Assembly: GCA_964617845.1 (NCBI GenBank)
Contig: CAZUAR010000003.1
Coordinates: 133,908-197,907, forward strand
Source: an uncultured Kofleriaceae bacterium
GTDB taxonomy: Bacteria; Myxococcota_A; Polyangia; Haliangiales; Haliangiaceae
Direction: 5' to 3'
DNA: 64,000 nt
A model generated the notes under the pieces. It was given only the letters and a program-made list of their open reading frames with translations. It was not told the origin of the DNA and made no database searches. The translations under genes and the position numbers were made by a program. Shown here piece by piece: positions 21,366 through 29,050 of the stretch; position 1 is the stretch's first letter, and each line of letters starts with the position of its first letter.

Positions 21366-21615
21366 GCTCGTCTACGGACTCTGTGCCCTCACGAGTCTGT
21401 TCTGCGCCGGTCTCCTGGTGCGCGCCTACTTCGCTCGGCGAACGAAGCTCCTGCTGTGGAGCTCGCTGTGCTTTGTCGGGCTCGCCGTCAATAACATCGT
21501 CCTCGTCGTCGACTTCCTGATCGGAACCACCGCCGACCTGTCGTTGGTTCGAACCTCGATCGCCCTCGTCGCGATGCTCCTGCTGATGGTCGGGCTCGCG
21601 TGGGAGACACGATGA
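21358..21615 (+). CDS. Small 3-TM membrane protein (paralog 1)
   Basis: 85 aa with three hydrophobic helices. ATGA overlap with the next gene. Confidence 0.5.
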   Translation: MPELVYGLCALTSLFCAGLLVRAYFARRTKLLLWSSLCFVGLAVNNIVLVVDFLIGTTADLSLVRTSIALVAMLLLMVGLAWETR

Positions 21616-21881
21616 GTCGCATCCTGAGCATGGAGCTCGGGGCGCTCACGCTCTCGTGCGTGATCGCGGGCGTGTACTTCCTGCGCTACTGGTCGACGAC
21701 GCGCGACCGGTTCTTCCTCTGGTTCGCGGCCGCGTTCGTGACGTTCGCCGTGAACTGGGTGCTGATCGGATTCGGCGTGGGAGGCGAGCACACGCACTTC
21801 GTGTTCGTCGTGCGGCTCGCCGGGTTCTTGATGATCATCGCCGCGATCGTTGGCAAGAACACCTCGACACCCAAGGAGTGA
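21612..21881 (+). CDS. Small 3-TM membrane protein (paralog 2)
   Basis: YFLRYWSTTRDRFFLWFAAAFVTFAVNWVL parallels YFARRTKLLLWSSLCFVGLAVNNIVL of the previous gene. ATG at 21612 overlaps the upstream TGA. Confidence 0.5.
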   Translation: MSRILSMELGALTLSCVIAGVYFLRYWSTTRDRFFLWFAAAFVTFAVNWVLIGFGVGGEHTHFVFVVRLAGFLMIIAAIVGKNTSTPKE

Positions 21882-21918
21882 TGTGGCGCGTGATCGAGAC
21901 GACGGCACGCTGTCGCTC

Positions 21919-22329
21919 ATGCGCGATGTGTGGGCCCTCGGTCACGCGCTCGAGGTCGCGTCGCGCCGCATGCTCGACGAGCTCGGGGTCACCGGACCGC
22001 AGCGGCTCGTGCTACGCGCTGTCGGCGAGCGACCGGGGATCACCCCCGGCGAGATCGCGTCGAACCTGATGTTGCATCCGAGCACGCTGACCGGCATCGT
22101 TCGCCGCCTCGAGCGAGAAGGCTTCCTCGCCCGCGCGTCCGATCCGAAGGACGGCCGTCGAGTTCGCTGTCGGCTCACGGCGCGCGGTCGCGCGATCAAC
22201 GCGACACGACGCGGTACGGTCGAAGCCGCGGTGCGCCGCACGCTACAGCGCTCGACCACCGCGATGATCGAGCACGCCGCGCAGGTCATGCAGCGCCTCG
22301 CGACGGAGCTCGTCGAGGACAAGTCGTGA
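21919..22329 (+). CDS. MarR family transcriptional regulator
   Basis: LGVTGPQRLVLRAVGERPGITPGEIASNLMLHPSTLTGIVRRLEREGFLAR...DGRRVRCRLTARG is the classic MarR wHTH. Start ATG at 21919; the listed ORF starts at an upstream TTG. Confidence 0.8.
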   Translation: MRDVWALGHALEVASRRMLDELGVTGPQRLVLRAVGERPGITPGEIASNLMLHPSTLTGIVRRLEREGFLARASDPKDGRRVRCRLTARGRAINATRRGTVEAAVRRTLQRSTTAMIEHAAQVMQRLATELVEDKS

Positions 22330-24155
22330 TCCGCCGCTTCGCGCAGCTCGTTCGCTTCGAGCGAGGCCAGGAGCTATGGCTCGCCGCGAAGACGCGGTTC
22401 AACCCGACCGAGCAGCAGCGGCTGTTCGGGCTCACGATCCTGATCGGAGGGGTCTGCGGCCTCGTCGCGGTCGCGTTCCATATGGTGATCCGCTGGCTCG
22501 AACGCGCGACGATCGAGCGTGCGTTCGAGGTCAGCGGTCACGGATGGATCCCGTGGGTGATCGTGGTCCCGACGCTCGGTGCCTTGTGCGCGGGCATCGC
22601 TCTCTATTACATCCCCGGCGCACGCGGCAGCGGCGTACCGCAGGTCAAGGTCGCGTATGCGAGCAAGGCGATGAAGCTGCGCATTCGCGACTCGTTCGCG
22701 AAGTTCGCGATCGGCGCGGTGCAGATCGGGACCGGCTCGTCGCTCGGTCGCGAAGGCCCGACCGTGCAGATCTGCTCCGGGATCGCGAAGCTCATGGCGC
22801 GGATCGGCGGCGTCGCCGCGCACAACGTGAAGCTCCTGCTTCCCGTCGGCGTCGCGGCGGGTATCGCGGCGGCGTTCAACGCACCGATCGCCGCGGTGAC
22901 GTTCACGATCGAGGAGGTCGTCGGTAAGCTCGACCAGACGCTGCTGTCGGGTGTGATCGTGGCCGCGGCGCTCGCCGCCGTCGTCGAGCGGTCGATCCTC
23001 GGCGAGAACCCGGTGATGGGAGTCCCTCCGGGCTACGGGCTCGATCACGCGGAGTCGCTGCTCCTCTACGCGGCGATGGGCGTGGCCGCCGCCCTGCTCT
23101 CCGTCGTGTTCACCGATGGCCTGCTCCGCGTGCGCGCGTGGTTCCAGACGTCGCGCCTGCCGGGCTGGTTCCGTCCCGCGATCGGCGGGCTGTTCACCGG
23201 TGGGATCGCCGTCGCCGTGATGCTCACCGTGCGCGTCGGCGGTGTGACCGGCGGCGGATACTCGTCGCTCGTCGATGCGCTGCACGGTCGCTTCGCCGTC
23301 GACGTGCTGATCGTCCTCTGCGTCGCCAAGCTCGTCGCCACGGTGATGTCGTATTCGAGCGGCGGTGCCGGCGGCATCTTCGCGCCGTCGCTGTTCCTCG
23401 GCGCGATGCTCGGCGGCGCGTTCGGTGCGCTCGATATCGAGGTGTTCGATCACAGCCACGTCGAGTACGGCTCGTTCGCGCTCGTCGGCATGGGCGCTGT
23501 CTTCGCCGGCGTGATCCGCGCACCGATCACCTCGGTGCTGATCATCATCGAGATGACGAACGGCTACAGCCTCGCGCTGCCGCTGATGATCGCGAACATG
23601 TCGGCGTACGGCCTCGCGCGCCGCCTCCGCCCGCTCCCGATCTACGAGGCGTTGCTCGTGCAGGATGGAATCGACCTGCACGAAAAGAAGAAGTCGGTCG
23701 ACTCCCTGGAGCTCCTCACCGTGGAGCGGATCGCCGTCACCGACGCGACGTTCACGACATTCTCGCCGGACGAGTCGGCAGACCGGATGCTCCAGGCGAT
23801 CGACAGCACCACGAACCAGCTGCTGTTTCCCGTGCTCGATGCCAATCGTGTCCTCGTGGGCATCGTCACGCTCGAGGACCTGACGTTCTTGGCCGCCGAG
23901 GACCACCTCGAGCTGCTCGTCCGAGCCGCGGACGTCATGCGTCCCCCCATCGCGGTCAAGCGCGTCGATACCCTCGGCGTCGCGCTGTCCATCATGAGCG
24001 CCAACGGCCTGCGCGTGCTGCCGATCGTCGACGACGATCGGCGCGTGATCGCGCTGGTCGACGAGCCCGCGATCGCACACGAATATCTCCGCGCCCGCGC
24101 TGCATCCCTGGCGGATCCGACCGCGTCCGGTGTGATCCACGTGAGCCCTTCGTGA
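22326..24155 (+). CDS. ClC family chloride channel/transporter with C-terminal tandem CBS domains
   Basis: Motifs GSGVP, GREGP, GIFAP. Twelve or more TM helices. C-terminal CBS pair (VERIAVTDATFTTFSPDES...; ADVMRPPIAVKRVDTLGVALSIMSANGLRVLPIV). GTG start at 22326 overlaps the MarR TGA. Confidence 0.85.
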   Translation: MIRRFAQLVRFERGQELWLAAKTRFNPTEQQRLFGLTILIGGVCGLVAVAFHMVIRWLERATIERAFEVSGHGWIPWVIVVPTLGALCAGIALYYIPGARGSGVPQVKVAYASKAMKLRIRDSFAKFAIGAVQIGTGSSLGREGPTVQICSGIAKLMARIGGVAAHNVKLLLPVGVAAGIAAAFNAPIAAVTFTIEEVVGKLDQTLLSGVIVAAALAAVVERSILGENPVMGVPPGYGLDHAESLLLYAAMGVAAALLSVVFTDGLLRVRAWFQTSRLPGWFRPAIGGLFTGGIAVAVMLTVRVGGVTGGGYSSLVDALHGRFAVDVLIVLCVAKLVATVMSYSSGGAGGIFAPSLFLGAMLGGAFGALDIEVFDHSHVEYGSFALVGMGAVFAGVIRAPITSVLIIIEMTNGYSLALPLMIANMSAYGLARRLRPLPIYEALLVQDGIDLHEKKKSVDSLELLTVERIAVTDATFTTFSPDESADRMLQAIDSTTNQLLFPVLDANRVLVGIVTLEDLTFLAAEDHLELLVRAADVMRPPIAVKRVDTLGVALSIMSANGLRVLPIVDDDRRVIALVDEPAIAHEYLRARAASLADPTASGVIHVSPS

Positions 24156-24170
24156 CCCGGAGGTGTGACC

Positions 24171-24196
24171 CTCCCCACCGTCCCGACCGGGTGGGG
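24171..24196 (+). terminator. Stem-loop (8-bp stem tccccacc/ggtgggga) after ClC stop; no U-tract
   Basis: tccccaccgtcccgaccgggtgggga read directly. Confidence 0.2.
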
Positions 24197-24278
24197 ACAT
24201 GTCGGCGGAAGCGACGGTCACTGGCTGCTATGTCCTGATACTGGCAAGGCGCTTCGCGGCGGGGGTACCATTTGCGCC

Positions 24279-25796
24279 ATGCGGGGAACTCTCCTGTCAT
24301 TCGTCGTGGTCGCAGCATTGGTCGGGTGTGGCGACGACGCCGGCAGCGGCGTCGATCAATGCGCCAACGTCGTGCCGCCGCCGGCCGCGTGCATGACGAT
24401 GTGCGATCCCAGCCCCAGCGCGCCGGCCTCCTGTCCCGGCGGCTTCCACTGCACGCCCGACGGAACGTGCAACGCGTTCTGCACGCAAGGCGGCATGGAG
24501 TGCGGCGACGGGTACCGCTGCACGCCCGACGGACGCTGCGTCGGCGAGGACGAGTGCGTTGGCCTCGAGTGCAACATCGTCGACTGCGACGGCATGGGCA
24601 TGCCGCTCACGACGATCTCGGGCACCGTGTACGCGCCGAACGGCACGCTCCCTCTCTACGGCATCAACGTCTACGTCCCGAACCAGGCGATCGCCGATCC
24701 GCCGGAGGGCGCGATCTGCGATCGCTGCACCGACTCGATCCCCGGCTTTCCGCTCTCGAAGGCGACCACCGACGAAGCGGGCAAGTTCACGCTGATCAAC
24801 GTGCCCTCGGGCATGAACGTCCCCGTCATCATCTCGAGCGGCAAGTGGCGCCGCACGATCATGGTCTCCACCGTCGCCGAGTGCACCGACACCGCGCTCC
24901 CCGCCGCCGACACGCGCCTGCCGAAGAACAAGTCCGAGGGCTCGATGCCCAAGATCGCGATCACGACCGGCGGCGCCGACGCGCTCGAGTGCCTCCCCCG
25001 CAAGCTCGGCATCGAAGACTCCGAGATCGGTCCGCCCGGCAGCGCCGCTCGCCTCCACCTCTACGCGGGCAACGGCCGCTCGTCCTTCGCCGCGGGCCAC
25101 GCCGGCGGCACGGGCATGATCCCCTCCGCGACGCCGTTCTGGTCCGACGTCAACAACCTCAAGCCGTACGACATCGTCTTCCTGTCCTGCGAGGGCGAAC
25201 AAAACCCGGACACCAAGCCGCAGGGCGCGCTCGACGCGATGAAGGCCTACGCCGACGCCGGCGGCCGCGTGTTCGCCTCGCACTGGCACAACATCTGGAT
25301 CGGCGGCGACTTCAACAACGAGGCCGGCGGCACGGGCCAGACGCCCGCGGTGTGGAACACGATCGCCGAGTGGGACGCGAACGAGAACCTCAACAACGCG
25401 ACGGACCTGATCGACGAGATGAACAACCCGAAGGGCACGTCGTTCGCCACCTGGATGCTCAACGTGATGGGCTCGACGGTGCGCGGCGAGATCCCCGTGA
25501 CGCAGCCCCGCACCACCGCCAGTGACCTCGACCTCACCAAGGCCGAGCGCTGGGTCTACCTCCCGAGGAACAACACCGAGTTCCCGCAGACGTTCCAGTT
25601 CACGACGCCGAACGAGGCACCTGCCAACGATCGCTGCGGCAAGGTCGTGTTCTCCGACATGCACGTGTCGGCGGACTCCGTCGGTAACGGCGCGTATCCG
25701 GGCGGCTGCTCGACGAACCCGCTCACTCCGCAGGAGAAGGCGCTCGCGTTCATGTTCTTCGACATCGCATCCTGCGTGTCGTCGCCGATCTTCTAA
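24279..25796 (+). CDS. Secreted lipoprotein, paralog A (Cys-rich head, carboxypeptidase-regulatory-like beta domain, large uncharacterised C-domain)
   Basis: MRGTLLSFVVVAALVGCG lipobox. TISGTVYAPNGTLPLYGINVYVP. Conserved KIAITTGGADALECLPRKLGI, FLSCEGEQ, VFASHWHNIW, CGKVVFSDMHVS, LTPQEKALAFMFFDIASCV. About 65% aa identity to 27481..28899. Confidence 0.65.
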   Translation: MRGTLLSFVVVAALVGCGDDAGSGVDQCANVVPPPAACMTMCDPSPSAPASCPGGFHCTPDGTCNAFCTQGGMECGDGYRCTPDGRCVGEDECVGLECNIVDCDGMGMPLTTISGTVYAPNGTLPLYGINVYVPNQAIADPPEGAICDRCTDSIPGFPLSKATTDEAGKFTLINVPSGMNVPVIISSGKWRRTIMVSTVAECTDTALPAADTRLPKNKSEGSMPKIAITTGGADALECLPRKLGIEDSEIGPPGSAARLHLYAGNGRSSFAAGHAGGTGMIPSATPFWSDVNNLKPYDIVFLSCEGEQNPDTKPQGALDAMKAYADAGGRVFASHWHNIWIGGDFNNEAGGTGQTPAVWNTIAEWDANENLNNATDLIDEMNNPKGTSFATWMLNVMGSTVRGEIPVTQPRTTASDLDLTKAERWVYLPRNNTEFPQTFQFTTPNEAPANDRCGKVVFSDMHVSADSVGNGAYPGGCSTNPLTPQEKALAFMFFDIASCVSSPIF

Positions 25797-25811
25797 AAAG
25801 CGCGGCTTCGA

Positions 25812-26363
25812 CTATCGTGGAATGTCGGCAACCGCGATCTCGATCGGCACGTGCAACGGCCTGAGCACGTCGCCATCGCGCATCGTCACCATGCGCGCGT
25901 ACCCATCCGCCGTCGGCTCCGTGTACACCTCGACCGAGACCGCGCCTTCCTTCGAAACGTCGACGACCCAGTACTCGGGCACGCCGCACTCGCCATAGAG
26001 CTCGCGCTTGATGCCGCGGTCTTTGCGCAGCGACGAGTCCGAGATCTCGATCATCAACAAGGCCGTTGATGGATGGGCCACACGCGGATCCTCTCGTGTG
26101 ATCACGAGATCCGGTACCGGCTCCGAATCCTCGTTCGCAGCAAACGGCTTGTCCGGTCGAACGACATATTCGTCTTCCAGCGTTCGCATCAATCGTCGAG
26201 TGAACCAGAGGCTGACACTGACGTGCGGCAGTCCCTCCGGGCTCATCGGAACGAGCACTCCACGCAAGAGCTCGATCCGCTCGTTCTCGAACATGCCCAA
26301 CTCCCCGAGCCGGTCGAACTCGACTCGCGTGATTCGGCGAAGAGGGAGCGCGTCCCGATCCAT
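25812..26363 (-). CDS. Uma2 family (DUF820) putative PD-(D/E)XK endonuclease
   Basis: LRRITRVEFDRLGELGMFENERIELLRGVLVPMSPEGLPHVSVSLWF...LLMIEISDSSLRKDRGIKRELYGECGVPEYWVVDV is the Uma2 signature. ATG at 26363; the upstream listed extension is Arg-rich. Confidence 0.65.
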   Translation of the reverse strand: MDRDALPLRRITRVEFDRLGELGMFENERIELLRGVLVPMSPEGLPHVSVSLWFTRRLMRTLEDEYVVRPDKPFAANEDSEPVPDLVITREDPRVAHPSTALLMIEISDSSLRKDRGIKRELYGECGVPEYWVVDVSKEGAVSVEVYTEPTADGYARMVTMRDGDVLRPLHVPIEIAVADIPR

Positions 26364-26493
26364 GACTTCGAAGGTAGCACCGTGCACCGCTCCGCCTCGG
26401 AGCGAACATCGTGCCACCGCAATCACGTGAAACCGCACGCTCGCCTGTCCGGGCCGTCCGGATCTCGGACGCGTGTCCGGCCGAGATTCGGAC

Positions 26494-26892
26494 TCAGCGA
26501 ACGCCGAGCATGTAGCCGCGCCTCTCGTGCGCCGCGCGACATGCATCGACGTTGCGATAGCCGCTCTTCGCCGAGAAGTAGAACGGCACCGCCAGCCCGG
26601 CATACAGCACCGCCGCGCCGATCAGCATGCCGCCGAACATCTGATTCCAGTCGTCCTCCTCCGTCGCCGCCAGGTACACGCCCGGAATCGCGACCAGCGT
26701 GCCGGCGCCGAAGATCGACGCGAACACCGTGTCGACGATCGGCGCGAGCTTCTCGCGCGTGCAATCGAGCGGCGCCTCCGCGTGCGTCATCCCCGGCGGT
26801 GCACTCGACATCTGCGCGCTCGGCGGTCCCGCGACCATCATCCACGAGCATCCACTTCCAGCGAGTGCGATCACGGCGACGAGGCGCTTCAC
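26494..26892 (-). CDS. Small lipoprotein/membrane protein, hypothetical
   Basis: MKRLVAVIALAGSGC lipobox plus two hydrophobic helices. Confidence 0.45.
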   Translation of the reverse strand: MKRLVAVIALAGSGCSWMMVAGPPSAQMSSAPPGMTHAEAPLDCTREKLAPIVDTVFASIFGAGTLVAIPGVYLAATEEDDWNQMFGGMLIGAAVLYAGLAVPFYFSAKSGYRNVDACRAAHERRGYMLGVR

Positions 26893-27047
26893 GCCCCGAG
26901 GTCATCACCGTTCGCGTCGCGATTCCATTCGAATCGGCTGACCCGCGCTCGCGATGTGAGACGCGCGATGTGTGCAACGATCGTTCACCGCGAGTGGCGG
27001 GATCGATCAGCGCTGAGAGCGGCGCTTCGAGAGTGGCGCGATCCGGG

Positions 27048-27455
27048 CTACTTCACGGGCGTCGGAGTGCTGGGCGCCGGCTTGGGCGCGGGCGGCTTGA
27101 GCCCGCCGTTCGCTGCCTCCATGAACGAGCGGCCCTCGAAGATGACGCCCTTGTCGATCTGCAGCGTCGGCGTGTGCAGGTCGCCCTTCACGCGACCGGG
27201 CGCGTGGATCTCGATCGAGCGCATCGCCTTGATGTTCCCGACCACGGTGCCTTGAATGATGATCTCGCCGATCTCGATCTCGGCTTCGACGATCGCGCCT
27301 TCGCCGATGACGAGCGTGTCGTCGGAGAAGACCTCGCCCTTGAAGCGACCGTCGATGCGGACGGTGCCGTCGAAGGTGAGCTTGCCCTCGAAGGTCGCGC
27401 CGCGACCGAGCAGCGTCGTGATCTCACCCATCGCCTGCTGTTTTGCTGCCACCAT
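27048..27455 (-). CDS. Bactofilin family cytoskeletal protein
   Basis: Repetitive beta-helix pattern LGRGATFEGKLTFDGTVRIDGRFKGEVFSDDTLVIGEGAIVEAEIEIGEIIIQGTVVGNIKA typical of DUF583/bactofilin, with a Pro-rich tail. Confidence 0.8.
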   Translation of the reverse strand: MVAAKQQAMGEITTLLGRGATFEGKLTFDGTVRIDGRFKGEVFSDDTLVIGEGAIVEAEIEIGEIIIQGTVVGNIKAMRSIEIHAPGRVKGDLHTPTLQIDKGVIFEGRSFMEAANGGLKPPAPKPAPSTPTPVK

Positions 27456-27480
27456 GCGTCGAGCACGGTAACACGGCTGA

Positions 27481-28899
27481 TTACTGGATCACGCCGACAC
27501 AGGACGCGATGTCGAAGAAGATGAAGGCGAGCGCCTTCTCTTGTGGCGTCAGGTCGGTCGTGGAGCAGCCGTTGTTGACGCCCGTGCCGGGGAACGACAC
27601 GCTCGAGCTCGAGGTCGATCCTTTCGACACGTGCATGTCGCTGAACACGACCTTGCCGCAGCGCTGATCGGCGGCGACGTCGACCGGCGTCGTGAACAGG
27701 AAGTCCTGGATGCCGGTGCGTCCGAGCGGCGTCGACAGCGTCGGATCGATGTAGACCCAGCGCTCGGCCTTGGTGTTGTCGATCGTCTGGATGATGTAGC
27801 GCGGGTCCTGCACTGGAATCTGCGCGCGGACCGTGGACGCGCCGACGTTCTCGAGCCAGGTCGCGAAGCTCGTTCCCTTGGGGACGGTCTCGTCGACGAT
27901 CGCGAGCTGCGTGGAGTCGGGCTGCGCGGCGCCGAAGTCGAACGTCGCGAGCGGCGACCATGTATCGTTGCGCGGGTCGGCGTCGTTGGTCGCGTTCGCG
28001 TCGTGGTTCACCTGGTTGCCGGACAGCCAGATGTTGTGCCAGTGCGAGGCGAAGACGCGACCGCCGAGATCGGCGTACGCGACCATCGCGTCGACCGACG
28101 TCTGCGGCTTGGTCGTCGCTCGTTGAGAGCCTTCGCAGGACAGGAAGACCATGTCGTAGTTCTTCAGCTTGTTGACGTCATCCCAGAGCGTCGTCGCGTT
28201 CGGGAAGTTGATCGCGCCCGTGGGGTGGGTCGCCGCGAACTTGTTGGTGCCGTTGCCCGCGTACAGGTGCACGTGGCCGGTGCCGGCGTCCGTGGTGAAC
28301 TCGCTGTCGTCGATGCCGAGCTTGCGCGGGAGACACTCGAGCGCGTCCGCGTTGCCGGTCGTGATCGCGATCCTCGGCATGTCGCCTTCCGATGCGTTCT
28401 TGGGCAGCGACGTCTCCGCCGTCGTGAGCGGCACGTCCTGACACGCGGCGACGTTGGGCAGCTTGAGCTGCTTGCGCCACTTGCCGGTCTGGATGACGAG
28501 CGGAACATCGGTGGTCGCGGGAACGTCGACGAGCTGGAAGTGTCCCGCTTCGTCGGTGCGCGTCGACACCCACGAGCCGCCGGGCAAGCCGTTCGCGCAG
28601 CGATCGCAGATCGCGCCCTCGACGAGCGGCCCCGGATCGGAGGCGGGAATGTACACGTTCACGCCGTAGAGCGGCAGCGTTCCGTTCGGTGCGTAGACGG
28701 TGCCGGTGATCGTCGTCGGCGGCAGTCCCTTGCTCGCGCAGTCGACGATGAAGCAGCCGAGCTCGGTGCACGGCGGCCCGTCGACGATCCCGCCGTCGTC
28801 GTCAGCGTCATCGCCGTCGTTGCGCTTTCCGCACGCAGCGAGCGCTGCGAGCGCGACGACACCGACGAGAAACAGCTGAGCGATACAACGGCGCTGCAT
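27481..28899 (-). CDS. Secreted lipoprotein, paralog B (inverted copy of 24279..25796 family)
   Basis: MQRRCIAQLFLVGVVALAALAAC lipobox. TITGTVYAPNGTLPLYGVNVYIP, RIAITTGNADALECLPRKLGI, FLSCEGSQ, VFASHWHNIW, CGKVVFSDMHVS, LTPQEKALAFIFFDIASCV. Confidence 0.65.
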   Translation of the reverse strand: MQRRCIAQLFLVGVVALAALAACGKRNDGDDADDDGGIVDGPPCTELGCFIVDCASKGLPPTTITGTVYAPNGTLPLYGVNVYIPASDPGPLVEGAICDRCANGLPGGSWVSTRTDEAGHFQLVDVPATTDVPLVIQTGKWRKQLKLPNVAACQDVPLTTAETSLPKNASEGDMPRIAITTGNADALECLPRKLGIDDSEFTTDAGTGHVHLYAGNGTNKFAATHPTGAINFPNATTLWDDVNKLKNYDMVFLSCEGSQRATTKPQTSVDAMVAYADLGGRVFASHWHNIWLSGNQVNHDANATNDADPRNDTWSPLATFDFGAAQPDSTQLAIVDETVPKGTSFATWLENVGASTVRAQIPVQDPRYIIQTIDNTKAERWVYIDPTLSTPLGRTGIQDFLFTTPVDVAADQRCGKVVFSDMHVSKGSTSSSSVSFPGTGVNNGCSTTDLTPQEKALAFIFFDIASCVGVIQ

Positions 28900-29050
28900 A
28901 AAATAAATCATAACAGTCCCCTCATCGCTTGGTGCATTCACTCGCGTGGCTCCGTCACGCAGACGATCCACGTCACGAGAACCGACCGATCACCGCCGAC
29001 GTGAAGGTGGTCGTGCGTGGTCATCGCCGAGGACAGTTGTCCCCGGCGGA

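Noticed and set aside
22374-24221. 615-aa minus-strand ORF antisense to ClC gene and 366-aa plus-frame ORF 23138..24238
   Set aside because: Shadow ORFs, Arg/Asp-rich. The ClC frame carries GSGVP/GREGP/GIFAP motifs.
24230-24280. Sigma-54-like element TGGCAaggcgcTTCGC upstream of lipoprotein paralog A
   Set aside because: The -12 element does not match TTGC(A/T). Only a partial -24 match, so too weak to call.
28900-29050. AT-rich stretch (cataaaataaatcataacag) examined for tRNA or mobile-element end
   Set aside because: No cloverleaf-compatible structure and no inverted terminal repeats. It is most simply the promoter/UTR of lipoprotein paralog B.
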